The position numbers and the translations under genes are program-made. This document shows positions 9,598 through 19,462 of a stretch of DNA of 64,000 nt, piece after piece. The notes beneath the pieces are model-generated. The model searched no databases. It saw nothing but the letters and a program-made list of their open reading frames with translations, and was not told where the DNA came from. Within the stretch, counting starts at the first letter, position 1, and every line of letters starts with the position of its first letter. This stretch comes from Methanobacteriota archaeon (lineage in GTDB: Archaea > Thermoplasmatota > E2 > DHVEG-1): positions 160,001-224,000 of the forward strand of contig CAVYNH010000007.1 in NCBI GenBank assembly GCA_963769885.1. The letters run 5' to 3'.

Positions 9598-10065
9598 GTG
9601 ACCCGGGTTTGTGTTGACTGCGGCAAGGACATCTCCGACCTGCCGAACAGAAGTATCCGATGCGCCCCTTGCCAACACCAATACACGCGGCAACACCGGA
9701 AACACTATCAGGCGCAACGGTACGACAAGCGACACCCCAGAGGCAAAGAACGCAGAAACAGACGCCGACAAACCATAGGCCATCAGAAACGCCTGAACCG
9801 GCTCGGCAGCGGCGGGTTTAATTCGTTACGCTACGCGATCCATTTTCTGGTCGATGACGACGGCAGGATCTATGACGAAGAAAGCCTCATCCGAAAATAC
9901 GCGCAGCTCAATGAAGACGAGGAGACCGTCGGGAGAATCATCACGGAGGACGGCATGGTCGTCGGGGAATGGAAAGGCGGCCTTCCGCTCACCATCGAGA
10001 CCGTCTTCAGTCTGACGTCAAACTATCGACATTGGCACTATTGGCGCGACCTTCTACGGGAGTAA
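9598..10065 (+). CDS. Zinc-finger protein
   Basis: CVDCG...CAPC followed by basic helix. Confidence 0.6.
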   Translation: MTRVCVDCGKDISDLPNRSIRCAPCQHQYTRQHRKHYQAQRYDKRHPRGKERRNRRRQTIGHQKRLNRLGSGGFNSLRYAIHFLVDDDGRIYDEESLIRKYAQLNEDEETVGRIITEDGMVVGEWKGGLPLTIETVFSLTSNYRHWHYWRDLLRE

Positions 10066-10110
10066 AACCCCAAAGTGTTGAAAACATGATATATTATTGG
10101 AGGGCTAGGG

Positions 10111-10437
10111 ATGGCTCAAACAGTAGAACAGCGGCTCAACGCCGCCTTCAAGGCAGCGATGGAATCTATCACCGTTAAGGATGCCCAACACCCGGTGTGG
10201 ATGACTTTACGAGTTGATGGCGGTGCCGCCAAGATCCTCACGACGGCTGCTGCGCGGCTCAATCTCACGCCGGACGAACTTTTGACTCGTATCATCCAGG
10301 AGTACGCTTCTTTTCGATATTTCGACTGCTACTTTAGGATAGACGAAAAAACACTCGGAGAGATCGCCAGCCAGAAACACATGATTATTACTTATCGGAA
10401 AGAGGTTCGTCTCATCGATGAAGACAAAGGTGCCTAA
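10111..10437 (+). CDS. Hypothetical protein, RHH-like segment
   Basis: MTLRVD..AAARLNLTPDELLTRII; GGAGG SD. Confidence 0.55.
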   Translation: MAQTVEQRLNAAFKAAMESITVKDAQHPVWMTLRVDGGAAKILTTAAARLNLTPDELLTRIIQEYASFRYFDCYFRIDEKTLGEIASQKHMIITYRKEVRLIDEDKGA

Positions 10438-10440
10438 AAA

Positions 10441-12300
10441 ATGACCGGAGAGAATCCCCCAAGCGCCTCAAAAAGCCATGTGTATCTCCAGGGCTCGCCG
10501 GCGCCCCCCGAGACCGCCCTGCAACTCCGCATCGACGTACGCGACGCCTTGAACACCCCCATCATCACCCTCGCCGCCAGCGACTTCGTCTTCAACCTCG
10601 GCGGAAAAACCGGGACGATCACATGGTCGAATTTCTATAACCAAGGCGACGGGAACTACACCTGGGATGCCACTGATACTGACGCCGAATCCGTCAACAT
10701 TACCACAACAATCGCGGACATCACCCTCGACGACGTCGTCACCGGCGTCTGGACCAACGAGGACAACACCTGGGACAAATACCAAGAATATGGGAAAATC
10801 GGCACAGAGATCGGCGTCGTCACCATCACGGACGCAGGAACCACCACCAGCCTCGACTGGTCCGGCTCCATGAAACTCATGAAGGCGATGGAAGGACTCT
10901 GGGCCACATTCACCTATCTCGATGAATCAAACCGCTATCTGATTCAATACGCCTACAGCCTCGACGAAGGCCTCACCTGGACCACCGGCAACGTCTGCTA
11001 CGATGTCGCCTACGACCAACGCTACCCCAGCATCGGCGTCGACCGCGCCCGCCTCGTGCATTTCGCCTGGACAGGGAAAAACAGCGGCAGCACATCCTAC
11101 ACACAAGCCCGCTACCGCAGCCTCAACATTTCAACGATGACCCTTGGAACCCTCTACAACGTCAGCAGCGAGACCAGCAACGTCATCTACGCCATCGCCG
11201 TCTGCGACCAGGACAACGGCGCCCACATCATCTGGATCGCCGCCAACATCCTGAAACATCAATACACCCTCAACCAGGGTGCTTCTTGGCTTGGAGTCAG
11301 CAGCATCACCGCGACGAACCCCATCGTCACCCCCACGCTCTACATCAGTCCGGACAACATCCTCCATCTCGCCTACGTCGACCCGACCGCCAAAGCCCTC
11401 TACTACGCCCGTAGCCTCGACCGCGGGGCGACCTGGAGCAGCCCCGTCTGCCTTTGCGCCACCACCTACATCCCCTACAACCCCTGCATCGGCATGGGCA
11501 ACGACGGCATCGCCTACCTCGTTTGGCAGCAGAGGATCAGCGCAGGAAACGCCTACCAGCAAATCCACCTGCGGATGAGTCTGGACAATGGCGTGACCTG
11601 GCAGACCGAGACGCAATGCAGCAGCCCGATCACCACGGACGCGAACTACGACCAGGAATACCCGACCATCGCCTGCGACCCGGCAATCAACGGCATGCAC
11701 CTCTTCTGGGACAGCAACAGCGCGGCCTACGGTGTTAAAAACATCAGACATGTCACCTACGACCATGGTCTCATCGGCTCCATGGAATGGGTCACGACCG
11801 GGACGGTGAACGACTGGACCCGACCGATCCCACTACGTCAACTCACGCCGTTCGAGGCACCATGGAACGGCTACGTCTTCCTCTGGCAATCCTGGACTAC
11901 CATAAAATTCTACTACAATGTGGACGACTGCTGGCTGCCGCCCGACGGCGACTACCTCCTTTACCCCACCAGCGACCGGACGCAGGCCGTCCCCGTCCCC
12001 TACCCCACCTCAGCGACCATCACCAGCACCGAAGAGATCAAACGCTGCTACTACACGGACAACACCAGCACCTCACGCGACGAAGGCAAAGAAGGCGACA
12101 CGATAACGTTGGGCGGCATCTTCTACGACGACGACCTCGTCGGCCTCCTCGAGGACCTCGAAGGCCAAGAGGTCGCAATCCTCGGCATGTCGGACAACAA
12201 TTTGGACGGCATCTATCTCATCTCAGATTTCCGCGTGCAGCGCGGACCCGGCAGCGAAGGCCAATGGCCCTATACATTGACTCTGGAGGCAGTCGAATGA
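10441..12300 (+). CDS. Putative tail-tip/adhesin: Ig-like, Asp-box propeller and GpU/Dit-like C-terminus
   Basis: GDGNYTW Ig-like motif; four Asp-box-like motifs (SLDEGLTW, TLNQGASW, SLDRGATW, SLDNGVTW); GDTITLGG..GIYLISDF..YTLTLE tail; directly upstream of TMP. Confidence 0.6.
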   Translation: MTGENPPSASKSHVYLQGSPAPPETALQLRIDVRDALNTPIITLAASDFVFNLGGKTGTITWSNFYNQGDGNYTWDATDTDAESVNITTTIADITLDDVVTGVWTNEDNTWDKYQEYGKIGTEIGVVTITDAGTTTSLDWSGSMKLMKAMEGLWATFTYLDESNRYLIQYAYSLDEGLTWTTGNVCYDVAYDQRYPSIGVDRARLVHFAWTGKNSGSTSYTQARYRSLNISTMTLGTLYNVSSETSNVIYAIAVCDQDNGAHIIWIAANILKHQYTLNQGASWLGVSSITATNPIVTPTLYISPDNILHLAYVDPTAKALYYARSLDRGATWSSPVCLCATTYIPYNPCIGMGNDGIAYLVWQQRISAGNAYQQIHLRMSLDNGVTWQTETQCSSPITTDANYDQEYPTIACDPAINGMHLFWDSNSAAYGVKNIRHVTYDHGLIGSMEWVTTGTVNDWTRPIPLRQLTPFEAPWNGYVFLWQSWTTIKFYYNVDDCWLPPDGDYLLYPTSDRTQAVPVPYPTSATITSTEEIKRCYYTDNTSTSRDEGKEGDTITLGGIFYDDDLVGLLEDLEGQEVAILGMSDNNLDGIYLISDFRVQRGPGSEGQWPYTLTLEAVE

Positions 12301-12330
12301 ACAAGAAGGCAGATTTGCAGGGAGGTTTCA

Positions 12331-14535
12331 ATGCCAGAAACAAGCGTTGATGTTGATGTAAAAAGCAAAGGCGACATGGTCATTGACCAGCTCACCAGGA
12401 AACTGGGTATTTTCAACAAGGCTGGCATCGGGATGGGCGTCGCCTTCGCCGGCGTGAATATCGCCGTCGGACTCGTACAACAAGGCATCTCCGGACTGAT
12501 TAACTACATCACCGAAGGCGTCGAAAAGAACCGACAGTTCGAGCTCTCCCTGACGCGCATCGGACTTGAAGCGGGAGACACCAGCGCCGTCGGCCTCGCC
12601 AACCTCCGCTCCGAGGTCGGCGCACTCAGCATCGCATTCGCTACAAGCACCAGCGAGATCGCCGCCGGCATGCAAAGTTTCATACGCGAAGGCGCGAACG
12701 CCAGTCAGGCCATCAACCAGATGGTCGTCGCCGAACGCCTCGCAGTCGTCACCGGCGATGATTTCACCGCGACACAACAGGCTATCACCACCAGTCTTGA
12801 AGTCTTCGACCTCGATGTCGAACAGACAAATAACGTTGCGGAGGATTTGAACCGCATCTGGCACACGACCGGCCTGACCATGGGTGACGTCGCCCGAGTC
12901 TTCGGAAGCAACGCCGGCAAAATCAACGAAGCAGGATTGTCATTAGACGACATGGTCGGCATCATGACGGAACTCGACCAGGAAGGCTGGAGCAACCGGA
13001 CCATGATCAGCCAGCTTGGCGACATCCTCGGCGACTACAAGACCGCTATCGACAAAGCGACCGAAGGCAACAAAAACTTCCGGGATAACCCCCCGATCCC
13101 CACTACCACCGAGGCGTACGAAAAGATCAGCGCGACCACGGAATACACAGATAAGATGATCGCCAGCCTCAGGGAGTACAAACAGATGGACCTCGGCGGC
13201 AAACTCGACATCGGCGCCACCTTCAATAAAGGATTATTTGATAATGCGAAGCAATGGATTGAAATACTGAAAACCGACGGGATCACCACACTCGCGGATT
13301 TCAATCAACAAGTGCAGGCGGCCCATAACCCGTTGACCATCGCCGCTGGACTCCTCGGTCTCTGTTCAGATAAAGAACGCGACATGATAGCAGTGGCTAG
13401 TCAGGCAGGCGGCGACGTTCTCTGGCTTGTCCGCGAGATGCTCGCTTACAATGCTGCCATGGACAAGATGGCTACAGTGACGGACCAGACGAAAAAAACC
13501 CTCAAGGATTGGGTCTCTGGCCTCAACTCCGCGAACGATAAACTCGCTGATTACAACAAGACCGCCGGTGACATCAGCATGGAAGAGCGGCGGATCACGG
13601 CCGTCCACGATCTGACCAGCCAGCTTCACTATATGGACCTCGGACTCAAGGACGCAAGCTACGCCGACCGGATACTGGATGCGCAGACCGCCTCGCTCGT
13701 CGACAGCCTGCGAATGCAGCGGGATGCCATCGATGAACTCACTCAGGCGAACGAACAATATAGTCTCCAGAGCAACGAGAACAGCCTGGAGATGATGAAG
13801 ATACAATACGAGGCGGACGAACACGGTGGCAGGATGACCCGTGAGCAGGAGGCCCGGCTGAAAGAACTCCAGCACGCCAACAACCTCCTGCGGATCAACA
13901 CCATGGAGAACCAGGACCAGATAGATAAAACGCAGATGGACATGGGGCCGGAACAGGCGCGTCTCAACGCAATTAAGACCCGGATGGGCGAAGAAGTCGC
14001 CACGTACCAAGATACCTACAACAAGGAGATTCTGGCGCTGGAGGACAAACGACGCGCTGAAGATCAATTGATCGACGGCGAGATATTGAAACGGCAGGGG
14101 GCCTTGGATGCTATCGCCAAGATTCATAACGAGCAATGGTTGATAGAGCATACAAGCGGCCCGATCACCGGCCCGCAATTCGCTCAATATACTGCTCCTG
14201 TTCCGCCTGGATGGGGTCTCTACCAAGGGCAACCGATCTCCCCGATCCTCGTTCCACTCTATAGGGATCTTCCCGGCTACCGGCAGTATCACGTCGGCGG
14301 TGACGTCCTCGAAACCGGCCTCGCCATGGTCCGCCAGGGAGAACGGATCACGCCGCCCGGCGGGACGCCACCCGGCCCAGCCCTACAGACCCGCCCGGTA
14401 TTCCCACGGATCGAAATCTACCTGCATGTCGAGAACGCCGACAACCTCGACAGATTCGCCCGGAAACTCGGCGAAGCCATCGGGAAGAAACTCATCACCG
14501 GAGACATCCAGAGCGTCTATCATTTCAAAGGGTGA
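12331..14535 (+). CDS. Tail tape measure protein (TP901-like)
   Basis: Ala/Gly helical N-terminal core, long coiled coil, GG.VLETG.AMV..GE.I.P C-terminal motif. Confidence 0.8.
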   Translation: MPETSVDVDVKSKGDMVIDQLTRKLGIFNKAGIGMGVAFAGVNIAVGLVQQGISGLINYITEGVEKNRQFELSLTRIGLEAGDTSAVGLANLRSEVGALSIAFATSTSEIAAGMQSFIREGANASQAINQMVVAERLAVVTGDDFTATQQAITTSLEVFDLDVEQTNNVAEDLNRIWHTTGLTMGDVARVFGSNAGKINEAGLSLDDMVGIMTELDQEGWSNRTMISQLGDILGDYKTAIDKATEGNKNFRDNPPIPTTTEAYEKISATTEYTDKMIASLREYKQMDLGGKLDIGATFNKGLFDNAKQWIEILKTDGITTLADFNQQVQAAHNPLTIAAGLLGLCSDKERDMIAVASQAGGDVLWLVREMLAYNAAMDKMATVTDQTKKTLKDWVSGLNSANDKLADYNKTAGDISMEERRITAVHDLTSQLHYMDLGLKDASYADRILDAQTASLVDSLRMQRDAIDELTQANEQYSLQSNENSLEMMKIQYEADEHGGRMTREQEARLKELQHANNLLRINTMENQDQIDKTQMDMGPEQARLNAIKTRMGEEVATYQDTYNKEILALEDKRRAEDQLIDGEILKRQGALDAIAKIHNEQWLIEHTSGPITGPQFAQYTAPVPPGWGLYQGQPISPILVPLYRDLPGYRQYHVGGDVLETGLAMVRQGERITPPGGTPPGPALQTRPVFPRIEIYLHVENADNLDRFARKLGEAIGKKLITGDIQSVYHFKG

Positions 14536-14565
14536 CCATGGGGGTGATGTGACACGGACAAAGAG

Positions 14566-14772
14566 ATGATCGAGAGACTCATCGGCGGGCAACTACCTTC
14601 CAATGTCTGCAACCTCGTTTTGAGAGGCAACACCCAATACGCCTTCGCGCTCACCGGGGTCGTTCTGGCTATCGGTGATTCTTCGCTGCTCTTCAAGACG
14701 AAACAGAAAGAGGCCGTAATTGATTTTGCGTATATTTTGAAGTTGGAGCCCAACGATCGGAAGGAGTTATGA
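14566..14772 (+). CDS. Small hypothetical protein
   Basis: Tightly packed ORF, ATGA overlap with next gene. Confidence 0.5.
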   Translation: MIERLIGGQLPSNVCNLVLRGNTQYAFALTGVVLAIGDSSLLFKTKQKEAVIDFAYILKLEPNDRKEL

Positions 14773-15026
14773 TAATGCCTCACATTGAACAGGGCAGAGC
14801 CGTGGCGGGTACCCCCTCAACACCCGCCGACTCACCCCAATCACAAAACCGGACTGCGGGCGCACCACCATCAGCGCCCGCAGTTCCACCTCCTTCTCAA
14901 ACCAAGCAAACATATTTCATCTGCTTTAGAGGCGTGACTGGGGACGAAGCCAGAACACTCCTCCGCAACATCCGCCAGAATGCCAAGATCTTCCACATCA
15001 CGGTACGCAGGAGCGCGGACCAATGA
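14769..15026 (+). CDS. Small Pro-rich hypothetical protein
   Basis: AAGGAG SD; ATGA overlaps on both sides. Confidence 0.55.
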   Translation: MIMPHIEQGRAVAGTPSTPADSPQSQNRTAGAPPSAPAVPPPSQTKQTYFICFRGVTGDEARTLLRNIRQNAKIFHITVRRSADQ

Positions 15027-16810
15027 CCGATATCCAGTTCACCAGGGATGTCCCCCCGTTCAAAGCCGGCGAGATCCTCCACGACGCCACAGACAGGGAA
15101 ATCACAGTCTGGCGGACCGTCAACGGCGTCGAAGTCGTCGACAAACAAAAGCCAAAGCCAGAATCACCATCTAAAGAAAAAGAACCCACGCCGCCACCAG
15201 TGCAGGATATTGAACGACAGCCAAATACCGACCAACAACGACTCCGCTGCAGTAGCTGCGGGGCCGCCGCACCCGCCAGCACGCCCGAAGGCGCAGGGCA
15301 CTGCCCGGTGTGTGGCCAGGACACCATCTTCATCCCCCAGCCCGATAATGAGCCTCCAGAGCCAGATCCACTCGCAGGGATCATGGAACGCGCCCTGGAC
15401 CAAGAACAAGACCGGCGACAACGCGAAAACCGCCTCCTGCAATACCTCGTCTTCGAGAAAGACAAGGACGGTAAACCCACTGGCGCCGTTAACTGCATCC
15501 GACTCGCCAGACTCCTCCTCGACGGCGACGGACGAAACTACATCTCAACGGAAGACAACCAGGAAATCTTCAGCTACAACGGCAGTCATTACGTCCCGCA
15601 AGGCGACGCCCTTATCAAACAACGCGTCCAATACTACCTCGGGGACGAAGTCCGCGGACTCGAACACATCAAAAACGAAGTTGTCGGTTACGTCCGAAAC
15701 AACCAGTACATCGACCGCGAGCAGTTCAACCCCCCATTGCACCTCATCAATGTCAACAACGGAATCTACAACCTGCAGACAGGCGAACTACTACCGCATT
15801 CACCCGACCATTATTTCCTGCAGAAAATCCTGGTTGACTACAAACCAGGCGCGAAAATAGACAAGATAGCGGCGTTCCTTGAACAGACATTCAATCAAGA
15901 AGACATCCCGATCCTGCAGGAATTCCTCGGAGACAGCCTCTACCGTTCACACCGCTACAAAAAAGCCCTCATCCTCGTCGGACCCACCGACACCGGGAAA
16001 TCACAGTTCCTCTCCCTCATCGGCAAATTCATCGGGGAAAAAAACGTCGCACACGTCCCCCTCGACCGCCTCTGCCACGATAAATTCACACCCGTCGAAC
16101 TTTACGGCAAACTCATCAACATCCGCGCGGAACTCCACGTCAAAACCCTCCGCAGCATCGACATGTTCCTCATGCTCACCGGCGGCGACGTCATCGGCGC
16201 CGAACGGAAATACCAAAACGGCTTCAACTTCCGCAACTACTCAAAACAAGTCTACAGCTGCAACGAGACCCCAGACTCAGAGAACAAAAACGACGCCTAC
16301 TACAACCGATGGATCCCCGTCGAATGCAGCAACACCATCCCCAAAGAAAACCAAATCCCCAACTATTTTGAGACCATCAGCACAGACGAAGAACTCAGTG
16401 GTTTATTGAACTGGGCCCTCAAAGGACTCTACCGACTCCTCAAACAAGGACACTACTCCCATCACCGATCCATCGACGAAGTCCGAGAATTCATGACCAA
16501 AGGCAAAAACCCCATCCGCGACTTCGCCGACCAATACATCATCAAAGACCCCGACGCAGAGATCACCAACGGCGAACTCTACAACAGTTATAGGGACTTC
16601 TGCAAACTCATGGGCCACCCCATCAAAGACAGCAGCGTATTCTCCAAACTCGTCCACCCCCTCCTCCCACAAGGAACCCAAAAAGGCGAAACCAGCAAAG
16701 ATGGCCATAAACGCGTCTGGCGCGGCATCACCTGCACCTACGTCACCGCCGACCTCACCACCCTCGACCACGACTCAACAGATAAGACCCTTCAGGAAAC
16801 ATTTCCTTAA
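15023..16810 (+). CDS. P4-family/D5-like SF3 helicase with zinc ribbon
   Basis: INVNNGIYNLQTGELLPHSPDHY (D5_N), GPTDTGKS, LTGGD..AERKY, CNETP, RW, LLNWALKG. Confidence 0.9.
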   Translation: MTDIQFTRDVPPFKAGEILHDATDREITVWRTVNGVEVVDKQKPKPESPSKEKEPTPPPVQDIERQPNTDQQRLRCSSCGAAAPASTPEGAGHCPVCGQDTIFIPQPDNEPPEPDPLAGIMERALDQEQDRRQRENRLLQYLVFEKDKDGKPTGAVNCIRLARLLLDGDGRNYISTEDNQEIFSYNGSHYVPQGDALIKQRVQYYLGDEVRGLEHIKNEVVGYVRNNQYIDREQFNPPLHLINVNNGIYNLQTGELLPHSPDHYFLQKILVDYKPGAKIDKIAAFLEQTFNQEDIPILQEFLGDSLYRSHRYKKALILVGPTDTGKSQFLSLIGKFIGEKNVAHVPLDRLCHDKFTPVELYGKLINIRAELHVKTLRSIDMFLMLTGGDVIGAERKYQNGFNFRNYSKQVYSCNETPDSENKNDAYYNRWIPVECSNTIPKENQIPNYFETISTDEELSGLLNWALKGLYRLLKQGHYSHHRSIDEVREFMTKGKNPIRDFADQYIIKDPDAEITNGELYNSYRDFCKLMGHPIKDSSVFSKLVHPLLPQGTQKGETSKDGHKRVWRGITCTYVTADLTTLDHDSTDKTLQETFP

Positions 16811-16844
16811 GGGGTCAGGCAACAAGAGAAGCTACAATGCTGAC

Positions 16845-16973
16845 CATCCACAGCATCCACACCAACCCGGGCTTACCTTTCCCCCCGCACGCGAGCGCAT
16901 TAAGTACACAGTTACACTAAACGCGCACACACGGGGAAAACAGTAATCACTTACAGCCGTGGATGCCGTGGAC
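16845..16973. other. Putative replication origin of element 1
   Basis: Nested inverted repeats directly downstream of the helicase gene; strand skew flips nearby. Confidence 0.5.
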
Positions 16974-17194
16974 GACTAAAACACTATAAAACCCCACCCT
17001 CGTACCTCATCCCGCGTCTCGGCCTTGTCTTTGGAAATTCGATCTTAGATTTTACAGTCCAGAATCCGACTATAGTTCAAAGCCCTGGCTGGGACTATGT
17101 GCCAGACCTGCACTTCCCGCATGGTTTTTCTGCTTGGGTATTTAAAGGAAATTCAAGTTTTTCGAGGGATAAAAATCATGGAGTGTGTTCTTGA

Positions 17195-17740
17195 ATGGCA
17201 GACGAGACATCATCTGAGAGCAAGACCCAGGATCCAATCACGGCCTCGACAGAGGAACCTAGTGGAGAGCCGGTGAAGACGCCGCCGGCAGAGCGCCGCG
17301 TCATCATCAAGAGGTTGATCGAGGAGAAGGGCCTGCATGCCTTGAACAAGCTGGAGTTGGGGCGGCGGTTCGGTATCAGCGATCAGCAGATCACCCGGGA
17401 CGTCGAGGAGATCATGGGTGATCTCCCACCGGTCGATTGGGGGAAGCTTTTCAATAAGACCTTGTTGGACATCGACCGTAGTTTGGACATTGCGAACAAG
17501 GCGTTGGATAAGGCGACGGATGAGCGGATCCGGGGCCGTCTGGCGAATCAGATCTCTGAGATTCTTCTGAAGAAGACGACGATCTTGGAGAAGATGGAGA
17601 AGCTACTGCCCGCATCTGCGAAGGCAGAACCGGTCACGATCACGTACCGCTGCGTCGAGCCCATCAAGGAGAAGAAGGACCTGGAGCCGCCTATGGAGGA
17701 GCCCGTGGTGGATCTCAGTGGGGTGCCTGCCAGTGGTTGA
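17195..17740 (+). CDS. Putative terminase small subunit (HTH)
   Basis: NKLELGRRFGISDQQITRD HTH, helical core, PVTITY strand; overlaps terL. Confidence 0.65.
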   Translation: MADETSSESKTQDPITASTEEPSGEPVKTPPAERRVIIKRLIEEKGLHALNKLELGRRFGISDQQITRDVEEIMGDLPPVDWGKLFNKTLLDIDRSLDIANKALDKATDERIRGRLANQISEILLKKTTILEKMEKLLPASAKAEPVTITYRCVEPIKEKKDLEPPMEEPVVDLSGVPASG

Positions 17741-18977
17741 CGTCGCCTGTCCGCGGGTGTTCCTTGAGAAGCAGAAGGAGTTCCTGGAGAGCGATGCGCG
17801 TTTCATCTATTATTGCGGCGGCTTTGGCAGTGGGAAAACGCTGTGTCTGGCTCATAAGATCATCCGGGGGTCTCTGGAGAATCCGGGAGCGGTGAGTCTG
17901 ATGGCGTCAGCAACGTATCCGATGCTTCGAGACACGGTTCTGCGGACGTTCTTGGAGGAGACGACGTTGTTGCAGAAGGCGTTTGATGAGGCGGGGGCTG
18001 GTGTGAAACTCATCAGGGAGTTCAACCGCGGGGAGCTGCGGATCGTGTTCTTTAATGGCTCGGTCGTCTTGTTTCGGTCGTGTGATTCTCCGGAGAAGTT
18101 CAAGAGTTTGAATCTGGATTTTGTGGGGTTGGATGAGCCGACGGATGTCTCTGAGGATGTGTTTAGGATGTTGCAGGGTCGTCTTCGTGGTCGGCATGCG
18201 AGGAATCAGAGGCATTTCCTTGCGATGAGTGGGAATCCGGGGTCGCGGCTGCATTGGTTGTATGGGTTGTTTTTTGAGCATCCTCCGAGCGGTGACTATA
18301 AGGTGATTAGTACGACGTCGTATGATAATTGTTTCTTGCCGGCGAGTTATATTTCTTCGTTGGAGGCGGGGTATAGTGAGGAGTATAAGCGGCGGTATCT
18401 GCGGGGTCAGTGGGTGAGTTTTGAGGGTCTTGTGTATCCTGAGTTCTCTCGTGAGGTCCATGTCGGTGACTTCCGGGATCGGATGTTCAGTTCGTATGGT
18501 GGGGGGCTGGATGTGGGGTTCACGAATCCGTCGGCCTTCGTTTTGGTGGGGCGTGATGGTGACGATAATTTGTTTGTGCTTCAGGAGTTGTATCAGAGTA
18601 GGTTGACGCCGGTGGAGTTGGCGGCGGCGGTCCGTGAGATGGTCGCGCCGGTGATGGGGTCGTTTAGCGAGGTGTTGTGTGACCCGTCTGCTCCGGGTGT
18701 GATTGAGTCGGTGGGTCGGTTTGTGCGGTGTTCAGGGGCGGATAATGACGTGTTCAGTGGGATCGGGCGGGTGAGGAGTCGGTTTCATCTGCGGCGGTTG
18801 TTCATCGACCGGGGGTGTGTGAACCTGGTCCGGGAGCTGGAGGGCTATGTTTATCAGAAGGAGAAGCAGGGGGCGGAGTATAGTGAGGTGCCGGTGAAGA
18901 AGAATGATCATTTGTGTGACGCGCTCCGGTATTGTTGCATGGAGCCGGGTGGGACGGCCGCGTTCCTCATCGGGTAA
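17718..18977 (+). CDS. Terminase large subunit (PBSX-like)
   Basis: GGFGSGKT, GLDEP, SGNP, GLDVGF, DPS, NDHLCDALRY; exact start uncertain. Confidence 0.93.
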   Translation: MGCLPVVDVACPRVFLEKQKEFLESDARFIYYCGGFGSGKTLCLAHKIIRGSLENPGAVSLMASATYPMLRDTVLRTFLEETTLLQKAFDEAGAGVKLIREFNRGELRIVFFNGSVVLFRSCDSPEKFKSLNLDFVGLDEPTDVSEDVFRMLQGRLRGRHARNQRHFLAMSGNPGSRLHWLYGLFFEHPPSGDYKVISTTSYDNCFLPASYISSLEAGYSEEYKRRYLRGQWVSFEGLVYPEFSREVHVGDFRDRMFSSYGGGLDVGFTNPSAFVLVGRDGDDNLFVLQELYQSRLTPVELAAAVREMVAPVMGSFSEVLCDPSAPGVIESVGRFVRCSGADNDVFSGIGRVRSRFHLRRLFIDRGCVNLVRELEGYVYQKEKQGAEYSEVPVKKNDHLCDALRYCCMEPGGTAAFLIG

Positions 18978-18990
18978 TGAAGGTGACATC

Positions 18991-19338
18991 ATGGATAAAG
19001 AGAACATCGAATCATTGAAGGAACAGATTGACGAGCAAGGCAAACTCATCAACGACCTCCAAATAGTTATCAGACAGCTCGTCGCATTCAACAAAAACGT
19101 CGTCAATCATGCGAAGGCGATCCATGACCTTACAGCCTTCACCAAGACCTTCGTGGGCCTCGAGAATGCACAGAGAAAGACCATCGAACTCCTGCAATTC
19201 AGGATCGACGCGCTCGAGAGACAGGCCGCGGAACTGATTAAAGCCGTCACGTTTGAGAAAAAGGTCGATGAGTTGTCCAATGCCGCCGTCAGTCCGCCGA
19301 AGGACCAGGGCGACATCCACGACCGCAGCTACAGCTAG
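18991..19338 (+). CDS. Coiled-coil protein
   Basis: AAGGTGA SD before ATG 18991; heptad pattern. Confidence 0.65.
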   Translation: MDKENIESLKEQIDEQGKLINDLQIVIRQLVAFNKNVVNHAKAIHDLTAFTKTFVGLENAQRKTIELLQFRIDALERQAAELIKAVTFEKKVDELSNAAVSPPKDQGDIHDRSYS

Positions 19339-19462
19339 ACCACTGAACTACGCCAACGACTAGCATAATTATATATATAATGTTCTGCTTACATAATCGT
19401 AATTAGAGTCTATTTTGTTTTTTTAACTTCAATTAATTGAGCGGGATGTGTAGAATAAACAC

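Noticed and set aside
9414-9601. Possible frameshifted small Cys-rich ORF at an A7 run
   Set aside because: A ~51-aa ORF is plausible as it stands; no independent evidence for recoding.
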